A DNA stretch of 64,000 nt from Octopus vulgaris (Eukaryota), in contig OX597814.1 of NCBI GenBank assembly GCA_951406725.2, positions 89,094,001-89,158,000 of the forward strand, given 5' to 3'. Position numbers and translations under genes: made by a program. Within the stretch, counting starts at the first letter, position 1. Each line of letters starts with the position of its first letter. This document shows positions 1 through 12,755 of the stretch, in pieces. The notes below the pieces were generated by a model, which made no database searches, was not told the origin of the DNA, and was given only the letters and a program-made list of their open reading frames with translations.

Positions 1-27
1 TTAAATTCTTGATTCTCTTTTTTTAAG

Positions 28-144
28 ATGGAGAAGTTTTTCGCTTTCATCGGTCAACTTCAGGAAATGAGTCAAGAATGGGCTACAGGTTTAGAAGATG
101 TCTCTGCCATCCGAGCCAAACTACAGAATCTAACTGACATAATG
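28..144 (+). CDS. ABCA exon 1 in window (internal, ECD1)
   Basis: ttttaag|MEKFFAFIG...LTDIM|gtaaga; phase 0 joins the next exon. Confidence 0.8.
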
Positions 145-3100
145 GTAAGATTGTATAAATATTTACAAGCATTTCCTAACTTAGCCTTTTAGTTTATAAC
201 CTTTTGTAACAAAATCTTAAGTGTTTTTTTCTTTTGATTTGGCACAATGTCAATTTTTGTATGGAAAAATGTACGCTTGCCTCAAATGATAGCAATGATT
301 GTTGATATTTATTTAATCAACTTCAAAATATGAAAAGCGAATTAAACCATGAGAGGATTTGAATTCAGGAAACCAGGGGATGAAACTAAATACTGTAGGA
401 TATAGTCTAACATAGATGGGGGGCAAACTATGGCTCACAAGGTCTATTTGCATAGCCCACAAATATTCTCATAAATGTTTGACACATAGGATTTTTTGAG
501 AGTAATGCACTAAACAAAACAATAATTTGATTTTGCAATTTTGAAAACAAAATGTAAAGCAATATTCTACATATTTTTGGTAATTTTCAAATCTTTGAAT
601 ATGCATAACATTGCAAGTATTTCAAATTTTATCCTAATAATGAGAGCTACAAAAACTAAAAAAATGAATAGGCGCAGGGTGGCCGTGTGGTAAGTAGCTT
701 GCTTACCAACCACATGGTTCCGGGTTCAGTCCCACTGCGTGGCATCTTGGGCAAGTGTCTTCTGCTATAGCCTCGGGCCGACCAATGCCTTGTGAGTGGA
801 TTTGGTAGACAGAAACTGAAAGAAGCCTGTTGTATATATGTGTATATATATATGTATGTGTGTGTATATGTTTGTGTGTTTGTCCCCCTAGCATTGCTTA
901 ACAACCGATGCTGGTGTGTTTACGACCCCGTCACTTAGCGGTTTGGCAAAAGAGACCGATAGAATAAGTACTGGGCTTACAGAGAATAAGTCCCAGGGTT
1001 GATTTGCTCGACTAAAGGCAGTGCTCCAGCATGGCCACAGTCAAATGACTGAAACAAGTAAAAGAGTAAAGAGTAAAAGAGAGAACTTAGAAATGAATAT
1101 CATGCATTTAACAAGAAATCAATAGACTAATATTTATTTATTAATATTAAAAGCAAAGCAAAGTACCAACTCTTTCAAGACAGTACTGCTGCTCTGAAGG
1201 AATACAATTTGAAGAGACACTTTCAGACTAAGCACTGAACTTAGAATATAATTTATCAAAATGTAACTTATAACAAAAAGCCAATGATACATTGACTAGT
1301 TTAAAACACCAATAAACTTTTTGAAGTTGTTAATATATAATAATGAATAATTATATATTCAGTATTATTATTACTACAATCACTTTACCAAAAGCTGGAT
1401 CTATAGCACTAGTTTAATGCCAGAAAATACTTCTGTCCCACCTCCAAAAGCTTTTGATGCTGTACAAAATTGATTGAGACTTACAATGGAATAGAACTAC
1501 ACATGAACTGAAATATCCTATGCCTCATCCAAAAGAAAGCCTTTATCCCACTATCTTTTCACTCAGCCTCTTGTATCACTACAATAATGTCTAATGCACT
1601 TCAGAGTCAGCTAATTTACTAAAGCCCTTCTATCAAAATTGTTTTCATTTTTTTCATCATCAATTTTGTGTTTTGCAAACTAGAATTTATATTTACTCAA
1701 CACATTCTCTCTTCTTCTGTATTTCTCACATTTTACCCAAGTGTCAATCTCACAGGTCTGAGAAGACCTGCAAAATTCATGGGTACAGTTCCTTTCTCAA
1801 AACCAAAACCATGAAATTAAGAATATAAAAGTATGTCATAGAATGAAAACAAGTTTCTTTTTAATGCCAGAATATGAACGATACATTTATACGAGAAAGG
1901 TGTCAACTGGTTCAACTAACCACATGCCTCTATTTATAACACATGTCAATATAAAAATGCATAAATGCATAATTGTAATTTTCTATCATGAATTTCAATA
2001 CTAACACCTTTTTTTTCTTTATTTATTTCAGAAATACACTGAAACTGAATTTTTCAAAGACATGTTTCATGATATGTTTGATGTAGATAAGTCAACACTA
2101 ATTGACAGCATCCACATGCTTAATTCAATGGATGATAAAACTCTTGGTAATCTGCGGTTGCTCCTCACCAATGTGGTTAATTATTCTTCCTGTCTATCAA
2201 AAGAGAGATTCAAAAGTGTGTCATTTGATGAGCTTCAGAAAGAGGCCTTAAATCTAAGCAAAAGCAATGAATTTCTTGCAGGTAAGATAACATTTTTTTT
2301 TAAAGACATCTCTTCTCTTCCTCACATTTCCTCTTTCATGCATTATGATTATTTCTCACTCCCCAATTCTGTCCTCACTGCCCTGCTCACTGTATCATTG
2401 CTATCCCATAGTTCTCCACCCTCTCCGTATACCCAGGTTCTCACCAGTCACTGCATTCCCCACCCTTGCTCTCTATTCATACTTCTTTGGCAATACCCTA
2501 CCACTTATATTATGACTACCATACCTTGAGGGTATGCACTGGCACTTGCCACCATCTATCTTTCTCTTCTTTTACTCTACCATCCCATCTGTTTTGATCC
2601 CTGTTCCTTGTGAGTATGCCCTGGCTCTTTGCCACCATCTTCCTCCTGCTCTCTCTTGTACTCATGCTGTCTTTCTCTCTTTCTCTCTCTCTCTCTCTTG
2701 CTCTTCCCTCTGGCTGGGTAACCATGTATCTCTTTTACAGTTGCACATCTGTTTCTGTCTTCATTCTTGATCACTCTCTCTGTGTCTCTCTGTCTATCCT
2801 TCTCTCTCTTTTTCTCTCCCTCTCCTTCTCTCTCTTTCTCTCGACCTCTTTCTCTGGCTTTCTCTCTCCCTTTCTCTCTCCCTCTCTCTCACCTCCCCCA
2901 ATGTCCCTTCCTCTATCAAAGATTCTTTGTCTTGCAAGTTACTCTGCCAATGCTGATGCCACATAAAAAGCATTCAGTCCACACTATAAAGTGGCTGGCA
3001 TTTAGAAGGGTATCCAACTGTAAAACCCATGCCAAAACTGACCTTGCCTGTGTTGGTGCCACGTAAAAAGCACTCAATCTACTTTGTGGGGTGGTCGATG

Positions 3101-4879
3101 TTTGGAAGGACATCCAGCCATAAAAACCATGCCAAAACAGACACAGAAGTTTGGTGCACTCCTCTGCTTGGCCAGCTCCTGTCAAATCGTCCAACCCATG
3201 CCAGCATGGAAAATGACTGTTAAAAGATGATGATGATGATTATTTCATTGAAGATTTAGGTCACATTGTTTCAGTGAAATACCACTGAATTTCCAACCAT
3301 AAGAAATATATATTGCCGTACCATATATAGATCTTCAAGACATATATAGATCTTTACAGCGTTTTAAAATATTGAAGAATTTAAGCTGTTGTTGCTACTT
3401 TACCACAAGTCAGCCTTGATTAAGCAGACTTATGATCAAAGGCGATCCAGTGACAACTATCTCATTTTTTGGTATATTTAGAACTCCATTGTACAACGTA
3501 CCCTTTTCAAGAAAATTAAGTGTGATTTATAGAGGATTTGGCTTTTATTTCTCTCAAGCTGAATGATGACATGCAAAATCCTTTGTTGGTTTATGCATAA
3601 ATCATTGATACAAGATCAGGATGTGGAGATACTAATGTTTTAAATTTTGACTGAATGAATGCATGTATGAGCAATAATATTCATAAAGTAACTTAACTTT
3701 TGAAGGGATCATCATTTTCAAAGCAAAGAAAGAAGGTGTACAGAATTTTAATTGAAGATCGATATAATAATTTTCAGTTCTTATGAAGCATGAGGGATCT
3801 GAAAGAAATCTGCTAAGTCAAGTATTCCCGTTCTGTGTTTCAAAATTTGCATGAAGCTGTAAAATCAACTGGAAGTATTTTCGAGTTACTCATGCCAAAC
3901 AAATCCTTCTTTCATTGGGTTTTTAAAAAAATGTTCATGAATATGTAGAATATTTTGTTAATATTCTAAATTTATGTCTCATCTGAAACCTTCCATATTT
4001 CACACATAATAGTGCATAAAGGAGAAAATCTTAGATCAACAAATCAATCGGACCATATCTGTAGCTTAATATTATTTAATATGAAACATGATATAACATA
4101 ACAGTTATGTGACATAACAATTCTTACGGCCGTTTCTACTTCCAATGTCATTCAGTGCCAACAAAAGAATTTCGAAAATAATATTCTTCATCTTCATAGG
4201 ATATTCAAACTAGAACATGAAGCTTCATCAGAGGGAATAAAAAAAGCATCCAAAAAGTAAGCAGAAGGAAGAGGGAATAGGAAAGAAAACATGGCCTAGA
4301 GAAGAAACCTGGAGGCCTAATATATTAACATCATATAATCTTCCATCGTAGCCTACCAACTTTGAAGCCCTATGATGGAAGATTGTATGATTTTAATATG
4401 TTAGGCCTCCAGGCTTCTTCTCTAGGCCATGTTTTCTTTCCTATTCCCTCTTCCTTTTGTTTACCTTTGGACGTTTTTATATTTACTCTGATGAATCTTC
4501 ATGTTCTAGTCCAAATATCTTATGAAGATGAAGAATATTATTTTCGCAATTCTTTCATAGGCACTGACTGGCATAGGAAGCAGAAACAGCTGTAAGAATT
4601 GTTATGTCACATAAATGAAATCTTATATCATGTTTTGTATTAAATAATATTAAGCTACAGATGTGGTCCGATTGATTTGTTGATTCAAGGTTTTCTCCAT
4701 TTTCTAATTATTTGAATTTGATTCCTGATAAACTTTCGTTTATTCTGTTGTTACCTGTATTCTATGAGCATAGTGTGCCTACATACCCATGCCCAAAGAT
4801 AACACAGGTAACTGATACCGATAGTAAATACAGATATTTTATCCCTTAGTCGGCTACTATAACCACTAACTCTGCTTAC

Positions 4880-4931
<52 letters not shown>

Positions 4932-5775
4932 CATCCAAAAAATGAAGGACAAACACAAAAAAACAACAACACAAGGATGTGGTACACGTAAAGTATTAGC
5001 AGACACTCAGGGAAGAAAGGTGGTTTTACGTTTCAAGCAAAGGTCTTCTTCAGAAACAGGAGACTCAAATAATATATATAAAATTAAATTCAATATATAT
5101 ATATCTATATATATAAAACTGTAGTTGTGTGAGTGTCTGTCTCCTACGATTTAGATTCCTAACTCCTCCCACATTTTGCGGTGCAGTTTAACCAAATTCG
5201 GGTATCTTATAGTCGTGATTAATATCGAGCCCGTCTGGCTATTAGCGCACGTCTACGATGAGTCTACGATTTTTAAAATAATTTAACATCATTTTTTATT
5301 CCATTTTAATGCATAATTTTTCGTGTGTTGATGGCGGCGGAGTTGGCGTCCACGCTCAAACACCTGCACCTGTGTTTGCTTCTCCCCCTTCTTCCCTCCC
5401 TTGTGAAGCTGTGGGGAAGGGAGTTTAAGGAAATCAACGTCGTAATGCGTTGTCAAGGAGACCAGCGTTCTTTTAGAACAACGACTTCATGGCTTGAAGA
5501 CACCAAAACAGAAATGGCTAAGAAAGCCCGAATTGGCATCTATAAAGGAAGTAACTCTCTAAAAATGCTTATATAGTTATTTCCCTTACAAACCCGAGCA
5601 ACGCCGGGCGATACTGCTAGTATATATATACAAATTGAGATAGGGGTTGTAAATGCAACCCTCCATGGGATAACATATATCCAATATACTGCTAGTGAAG
5701 TACCCAACAAAGTTAATACATAAATGTTAAGGATTGATATTTGATTTAGATGTATTTCTCCATTTTCTTATCTTG

Positions 5776-5811
<36 letters not shown>

Positions 5812-8800
5812 GTATATATATATATAGTTACATATGTGTGTGTGTGTGTGTGTGTGTTATTTTTGTTTATTCTATATTCATTTTTGATTTCTTCCAGCAA
5901 TTATATTCCTGGATACTGAAGAGATGGAAGATGAAGAAAATAGGAGATCAAAGAGAGAAACTAAACCCAAAATTCCAAAACACATAAAATATGAAATACG
6001 AATGAATATTGATTATGTACCAATGACTAGAAACCTGAGAGAACAGTAAGAGCATTTGTTTAGATGCAGATTTATATAACATTTTAAGATTTTATTGCAA
6101 TCATCATCATTCTGATTATAATCACTATCAGTAGCAGCAACAGCAGCATTGCTTTAATGTTTTGTGGGGAGAGTTTTCTATGATGACATGAGCTAGGTCA
6201 GTCTGCTGGATTATATATCTACATCTTCCAAGAATACAACAAAAATTATCAAATTTCTATGTTAATATAAACTGAAAATTCACATTGGTGGAAGGTGTCT
6301 TTTGGTAAGTACTAATGTTAGTAATGGTTGTCATCAACTCTCTGAGAGTAAAATGTGATGCCAACTTAAGGTGTATATTCAATGGTGATTAAGAAAATGC
6401 TACTGATAAAGAGGATAACCACCACAAGATGAAAGGTAATTAAGTATGAAACTATTTGAGATAGCAGAGCTATGAGTGATTTCAAGAGCACTGTTGATAC
6501 AGTAGACGGGTGTTGTAAAATCAATATTCAAAGAACTATGTTTTGAGAACTGACTTAAGATTTGCATACTATTCTATAATTATAAAACAACATTGTGTTT
6601 ACTGTTTGTCTATTTTTAAAAGAATACCTTAAGAAATATGAAATCTTTTGTAGATACTGGAGGCCTCGTCCAGAAGACAATTTAGCAACTGAAATGAAAT
6701 ATCTTCAAGGATTTATCCAGCTCCAAGATATGATTGACAAAGCAATTATTGAGAGTCATATGGAAGAATTTGGAGCCAATGTTAGCATACCTGGAGTTCA
6801 TTTGAAGCAATTTCCTTACCCCTGTCACATGAAGGATGAGTTAGTATTTATTCAGTTTTTTTTTGTTGTCATTATTCAGTTTTTTTTAATATATATCTTA
6901 AGACTTTGATGCTTAATGTAAAAGCTGTACTAATAGCATATTATAAATCTAAAATCTTCATTCCCTGTATACATGGCTAGATCAAGATAAATACATGAAG
7001 ATTTCAAATGCTCCGTCAAAGAAAATTAATATTAGATCAGTCTTTTTATTTCTTACTTTACAATACCTATTTCTTTACTACCCACAAGGGGCTAAACACA
7101 GAGGGGACAAAGAAGGACAGACAAACAGATTAAGTCGATTATATCGACCCCAGTGTGTAACTGGTACTTATTTAATCGACCCCGAAAGGATGAAAGGCAA
7201 AGTCAACCTCGGTGGAATTTGAATGCAGAACGTAACGGCAGACGAAATGCGGCTAGGCATTTCGCCTAGCGTGCTAACGTTTCTGCCAGTTCGCTGCCTT
7301 AATACTTTACAATACCAACAAGGAATAAGATCTTTTACGCGGATATCAAGTAACATCATTACTAGCCACTTACCTGGCACACCTACCCATATATCCAAAG
7401 TTTCTAATTGTATAGAGATAAAAATCTTCAAAATTCTTCAACAAGTTGTATGTTGTGGTTACCCCCACAAAAAACAGTTCCATGTTGCAATTCAGTTTAA
7501 AGCAGCAGAATATCTCAGTTCAAACTGACCTCAAATTTGAAACTTTTGGAGAGAATTTTGCCATGACAACTGTGCTTTAGGCAAGGTTGCTGGAACAGTT
7601 TACTTTCCATTCAGAAGAATGTCAAAAATGTTGCTTCTTTAGAACCTATTCCTGCAAGTCACTATCTTAGACATTTGCTTTGTGTGAAATTTTTCTTTTC
7701 AATCTGAACTATGAATGTAACGAAAAAAAACTGTTTTCTTTTAGATATCTGCATATTGTCAGTAGCTATTTGCTACCCATCATGATGACTCTGGCTTGGC
7801 TGGCATCACTTGGCTTAGGTATACGTAATATTGTACAAGATCGAGCTGAAGGACAAGAAGAAGTAAGTCATGTTGTTAAATATATTCTATATAAGAGGAC
7901 TCAGTTAAGTTTCTTATAAAGTAAAATAAGTTTTTTTATAAATTAAATTGTCATAAGTAGAGCTGTGTCATTAAGCAGTTCACTTCAAAAATGCAGTACA
8001 TTGGACAAGTGTCTTCTACTATAGCCTCATGTCAATCAATGCTTTCTGAATGAGTTTGGTAGATAGAAACTGTGTGAAAGTCCATCATATATACGTGGTG
8101 GTGAGTTTGTGAGTATGTATATAAGTATCATTGTGTATGTGTTAGTTTATTTACATTCTAATTATATAGTGATTCGACAAAAAAAAACTGATAGAAGTAC
8201 CAAACTTAAAATAAGTACTGAGGTTGATATGACCAACTAAACCCTTGATGACAGTAGCCCACCATAACTATAGTCCAATAACTGAAACAAGTATAAGAAT
8301 AAAAGAATAACACCTTAAAGCAGTGATTCTTAACGTTTAGCACACTGTAGGTGCATCATGTCACCATATGAGTTTTCTCCCCAATAGTAACAGGGCAGTG
8401 GCAGGGAAGACAATTCTAGAGAAAATGCAGTGTGCTAAAGGTTAAATATTTCTTCAGATCCCATTTTAGGAGAAGAAACATTTTCCAGATCTTAACCCTA
8501 TAAAATCTAATTCTGTAGTGCAATATTTTTGGATTAAATTGAAATGAATAATGCAACATCACAAAAACAAAATTTCTAGTGACCCTCTTTATATTACTGT
8601 TGTCATTAGCTACAAATCAGTTCTGATTGTGCTAAGCTCAAAGGCTTTCAGGCCATAACCATCGTTCACACATAAAGCATCTAGGGCTTTATACACTTCC
8701 TTTTTTTAAGACAGTGGTATGTTATTTTGGAAAGATTTGACCACTGTTTCAAGCAGGACAAATGTCCACATAGAAGCTTCCTTGTTACCTCAATCAGTTT

Positions 8801-11800
8801 TGATTTCTCCCATGTCTAACAATTTCGCACACACACACAGACACACACATTCACTCAAGGGAGACGTGCATGCCTTACATGATACAGTATGTTTCCCTTT
8901 TCCCATGAATAGCCACTTGAAAGGAAAGTATAAAATTAAAGGGTTATATTATTCCACTGAAACACGACAGAAATGTATTAACTGCTTCAGATGCTGTTAC
9001 ATTATTCTCTTTTTCTAGTACTCTATCAGTTGACAATAGATTTAATTTCCTTTTAACGATTATTAATTAGTGGCAATCCATGTTACAAGCAAAAGTGAAA
9101 AAAAAAACTATTGGTGATATTTGATTTTTTTTAAATCTTTTCCAGGCATTACGTGTTATGGGAATGTATGGAATCATCAGCTGGCTAGCATGGATGATTT
9201 CTACAATGATTATCATGGCTCTAGTGTGCATCGTTGTCATCTTCATCCTGCACTTCAGTACCATATTTATATTCAGCAACATACTTCTTATGTTCCTCTA
9301 TTTCCTTACCTTCTGCTTTTCAACAGTCATGATGTGGTAAGTAATATTTTCTCAGTTTCTAATAGCCACCACCACTTCTACTGCTCCTCCTCCTACTACT
9401 ACCATTATTATAGTTTCAACATATTCATAGTTAATTATGCCAAAATTGATCTAAATTAAACCCACCAAAGACCAATATAGACCCAAACCTCTCTGTAGTG
9501 GCAGAGATGATTCTGAACAGCTCCTGATTGGAATCACAATAGATGTATAAGTAAATATACACTATTTTTTCATGTTTCAGTAATTTTCACTATATTCAAC
9601 TATTTATGAACTGTGTTTGCCACCCCAAGAATCAAAGCATGCAGATTTTAAAATCTTCCATCATTAGCCCAAACTTCCCCTAAATAGTTCAACAAACTAG
9701 AAATAAAAGATGTAGAAAAATTTACTCAGAATCTAACTGCTTGCCTAATTTTTCTTTCATTAAATAGTAATGATAAAAGTGAAGTGATTAAAACTTGTAA
9801 TTACTTACTCAGCAACATAATTCTAAATTTGTACCTAAATATATTGTGTGCTGTATGAAGTCTTAAGAGATATTTACCTCTTTTCTTTTTCTAGTTATAT
9901 GGTCAGTTCGTTCTTCAGCAATACAACTTTGGCAGTTCTCACTGGACTTATCTTCTATTTGCTTTCTTATATTCCATACATTGTTCTACAGTCTCTAAAA
10001 TTAGAGCTGAGCTTTTACCAAGTATTATTGGTTGTAAGTAAAACTTAATAATTATCTTGAATATTAGATGAATTTACTGTATATTAGACAAAAGCAATGG
10101 CTGTATATTTTTTCAGATATTGTTAGCAACCTTTCCAAAACATTGTATTATTACTGCAAGTATGGGAAAAACTATTTCAAGAAAACATGTTTCCTATATT
10201 TTCAGTGCCTGTCCTCTACAACAGCCTTTAGTTTTGGTTCTCAATACTTATCAAGATACGAAGAACAAATGGTTGGTCTTCAATGGAAAAACATTCATGA
10301 AAGTCCAATGGAAGGAGATGAGCTAAGTTTCTCATTTGCATGCACCATGATGGCAATTGACAGTTTAATCTATTTTATAATTGGCTGGTACGTCAAAAGC
10401 ATCATGAAAAGTAAGTTTTATTTAGTTGTCATTATTCTCCTGACTTTCTGTTCAAAACCCAGATAAACTAACTGCTAATCTGAATGATTCTGTAGAACAA
10501 TAATGACTCCTTTAAACTATGCAGTTAGTACTCGGATAGTTTACTACATCAGCTCCAATATATTATTACTACTTATTTTATCAACTTTAAAAGCATAGAA
10601 GGCAATGGTAACTCTTGGGATTTTAGCTAAGATCCCAGAAGGAAACTAAATATGTGTTTTGCCTGATAAACTCCTGTTTTTTTTTTGCAAACATACCCTC
10701 ATCTATAAAATAAACTATATGTTCTTACATTGAAACAAAGCACCAGACCAGATTTATATAAGATGGGAAGGGAGAACGTTGAAGTTTTAAATCTTTTACT
10801 AATATATTAGAACCATAATGGGAGTAAAATGAAAACAACTTATATGTGAAATCACATTACAGCATATTTGATTTTATCGCTACATAGTCATACACAACAT
10901 TTCTAATACATTGTACAGTTATATTATTATAATCAGACTTAGAGTGTTCTTCCTAGTTTTCCTTTAAAGCAATATGCATAGAGAAGTGTTTATGTTTTAT
11001 ATCTAGTAAAGAAAGTAAAGTTCCTTCCTGAGTCATATAGACTCATAGGGCCAGTTTGCCAGTTTCCATGACATATATATTCCCCATCTTGATGTGACAC
11101 CAGTCTGTCACATGATTACTCGTTTTTGCCAGCTGAGTGGAATGGAGCAATGTGAAATGAACTGTTTTGCTCAAGAACAAAATGTGTTGCCTGGTCTAGG
11201 AATTGAAGCCACAATCTTACAATCATGAGTCCAACACCCTAACTACTAAGCTATGCACCTCCACTTTATATATAGCCTTCTAATTTATTATACTTTGCTT
11301 GAATTTGCATTAGATTAGATTATATTCAGATTACATCTAATGTTCTTCTATCTTATGATACCAGACGGTAACTTTAAAAACTTTGAAAAGCATTTCAGTT
11401 CCCCAACATAGCTTACTATAGTTGTACCATAGTATCACATGGAAAGTCACAGAAGTGGCTTTAACTCACTTTCACTAAATAGAGGTGAAGCTATAGAAAT
11501 TTTGGTTTAGAATCATATAACCTCAGAGGAATTTTGGAGGCCATAAACACAACACTTACCCCAATATGCTAAACCAATTAAAAAAATTTAATTCTCAAAG
11601 TTAATAACAACTTCAATGCAATGAAATACCTACACTCAAGAATCAAGTATAGTTGGATACTTGGCATATCAAAAGTTGACTCTATATTCTCCAGTCTATT
11701 TACTTGTTTAAGGGAAACATTTCTCAAAGAGAATTCTACTAATGTTAAAATACAATCAACATTACCGGTGGTTAGTTTACAAATTTTAACTTTATTTTGA

Positions 11801-12701
11801 ATTGTTTAGTATTTATTTATTATTATGAGCTTTGTATTCACTATACTATGGAAAAATAAGGTATGATCTGGATTAGGATAACTTTTAAGTTATAATTTCG
11901 TTGTCTCTCTTTATGATGTAATTTAAGTTACTCTAGCAAATACTAAAGATACATCAATCTACCATATGATATGCATGTACTACGTTTGTTTGTTTTTCTT
12001 GTTTATTTTTGTAAATTCTTTTTTAACTTTTTGCCTACCCATATAAATATATATATACATACATGAAAAATGGCAGCCTAATGATGGTATACGTGTAGAA
12101 ACATATATTGTGATGTATAAATGAAGCCTATGAATAGAGAGAAAGAGAGAAAGACACACACACATGCATATATATATATACGTAAATATAAGAGAGTTAC
12201 CGTTAAGTGGTTAACTCTAGTGCTAGAAATAGCTCCTTATTCTAGTATAGCCACCGAAGTTGTTTCCACAAATGGTTTTTTATGTGCTAGGCCACTTGGT
12301 GTTAAACTGATGGTATTATTAAATTAATATCTAATTTTTCACCCTCATTTATGAATTTATAAATTTAATATACTACACTAAATATTGTGTGCAGTACTCA
12401 TTTCCACTAAGTCTTACCATGCTTTTTGGCGGGGAAGCTAAATCACAACTATGTATGCAATCGATTGGACCGCATGGGTATTTATCGCCCGTGTGGGTCT
12501 AATAAATTGTATCGAAAACAAATGCTGCTGATGATTTATAGATAAATATGTGAGTATAATTGCATATTATGTTGATAAGCGCAGGAGTGGCTATGTGGTA
12601 AGTAGCTTGCTTACCAACCACATGGTTCCGGGTTCAGTCCCACTGCATGGCATCTTGGGCAATTTCTCCATTTTTTTATTTTTCTTATACATAAATAGTT
12701 T

Positions 12702-12755
<54 letters not shown>

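Noticed and set aside
28-30. ATG at 28 as the ABCA start codon
   Set aside because: It directly follows a pyrimidine tract and AG, and TM1/N-terminus is missing, so this is an internal exon.
2516-3066. Hydrophobic LSLS/RERE ORFs
   Set aside because: CT/AG low-complexity intronic sequence.
10068-10205. In-frame ORF extension upstream of exon 8 and AG at 10115-10116
   Set aside because: The alternative acceptor would shift frame (89 nt); the AG at 10204-10205 fits the homology.
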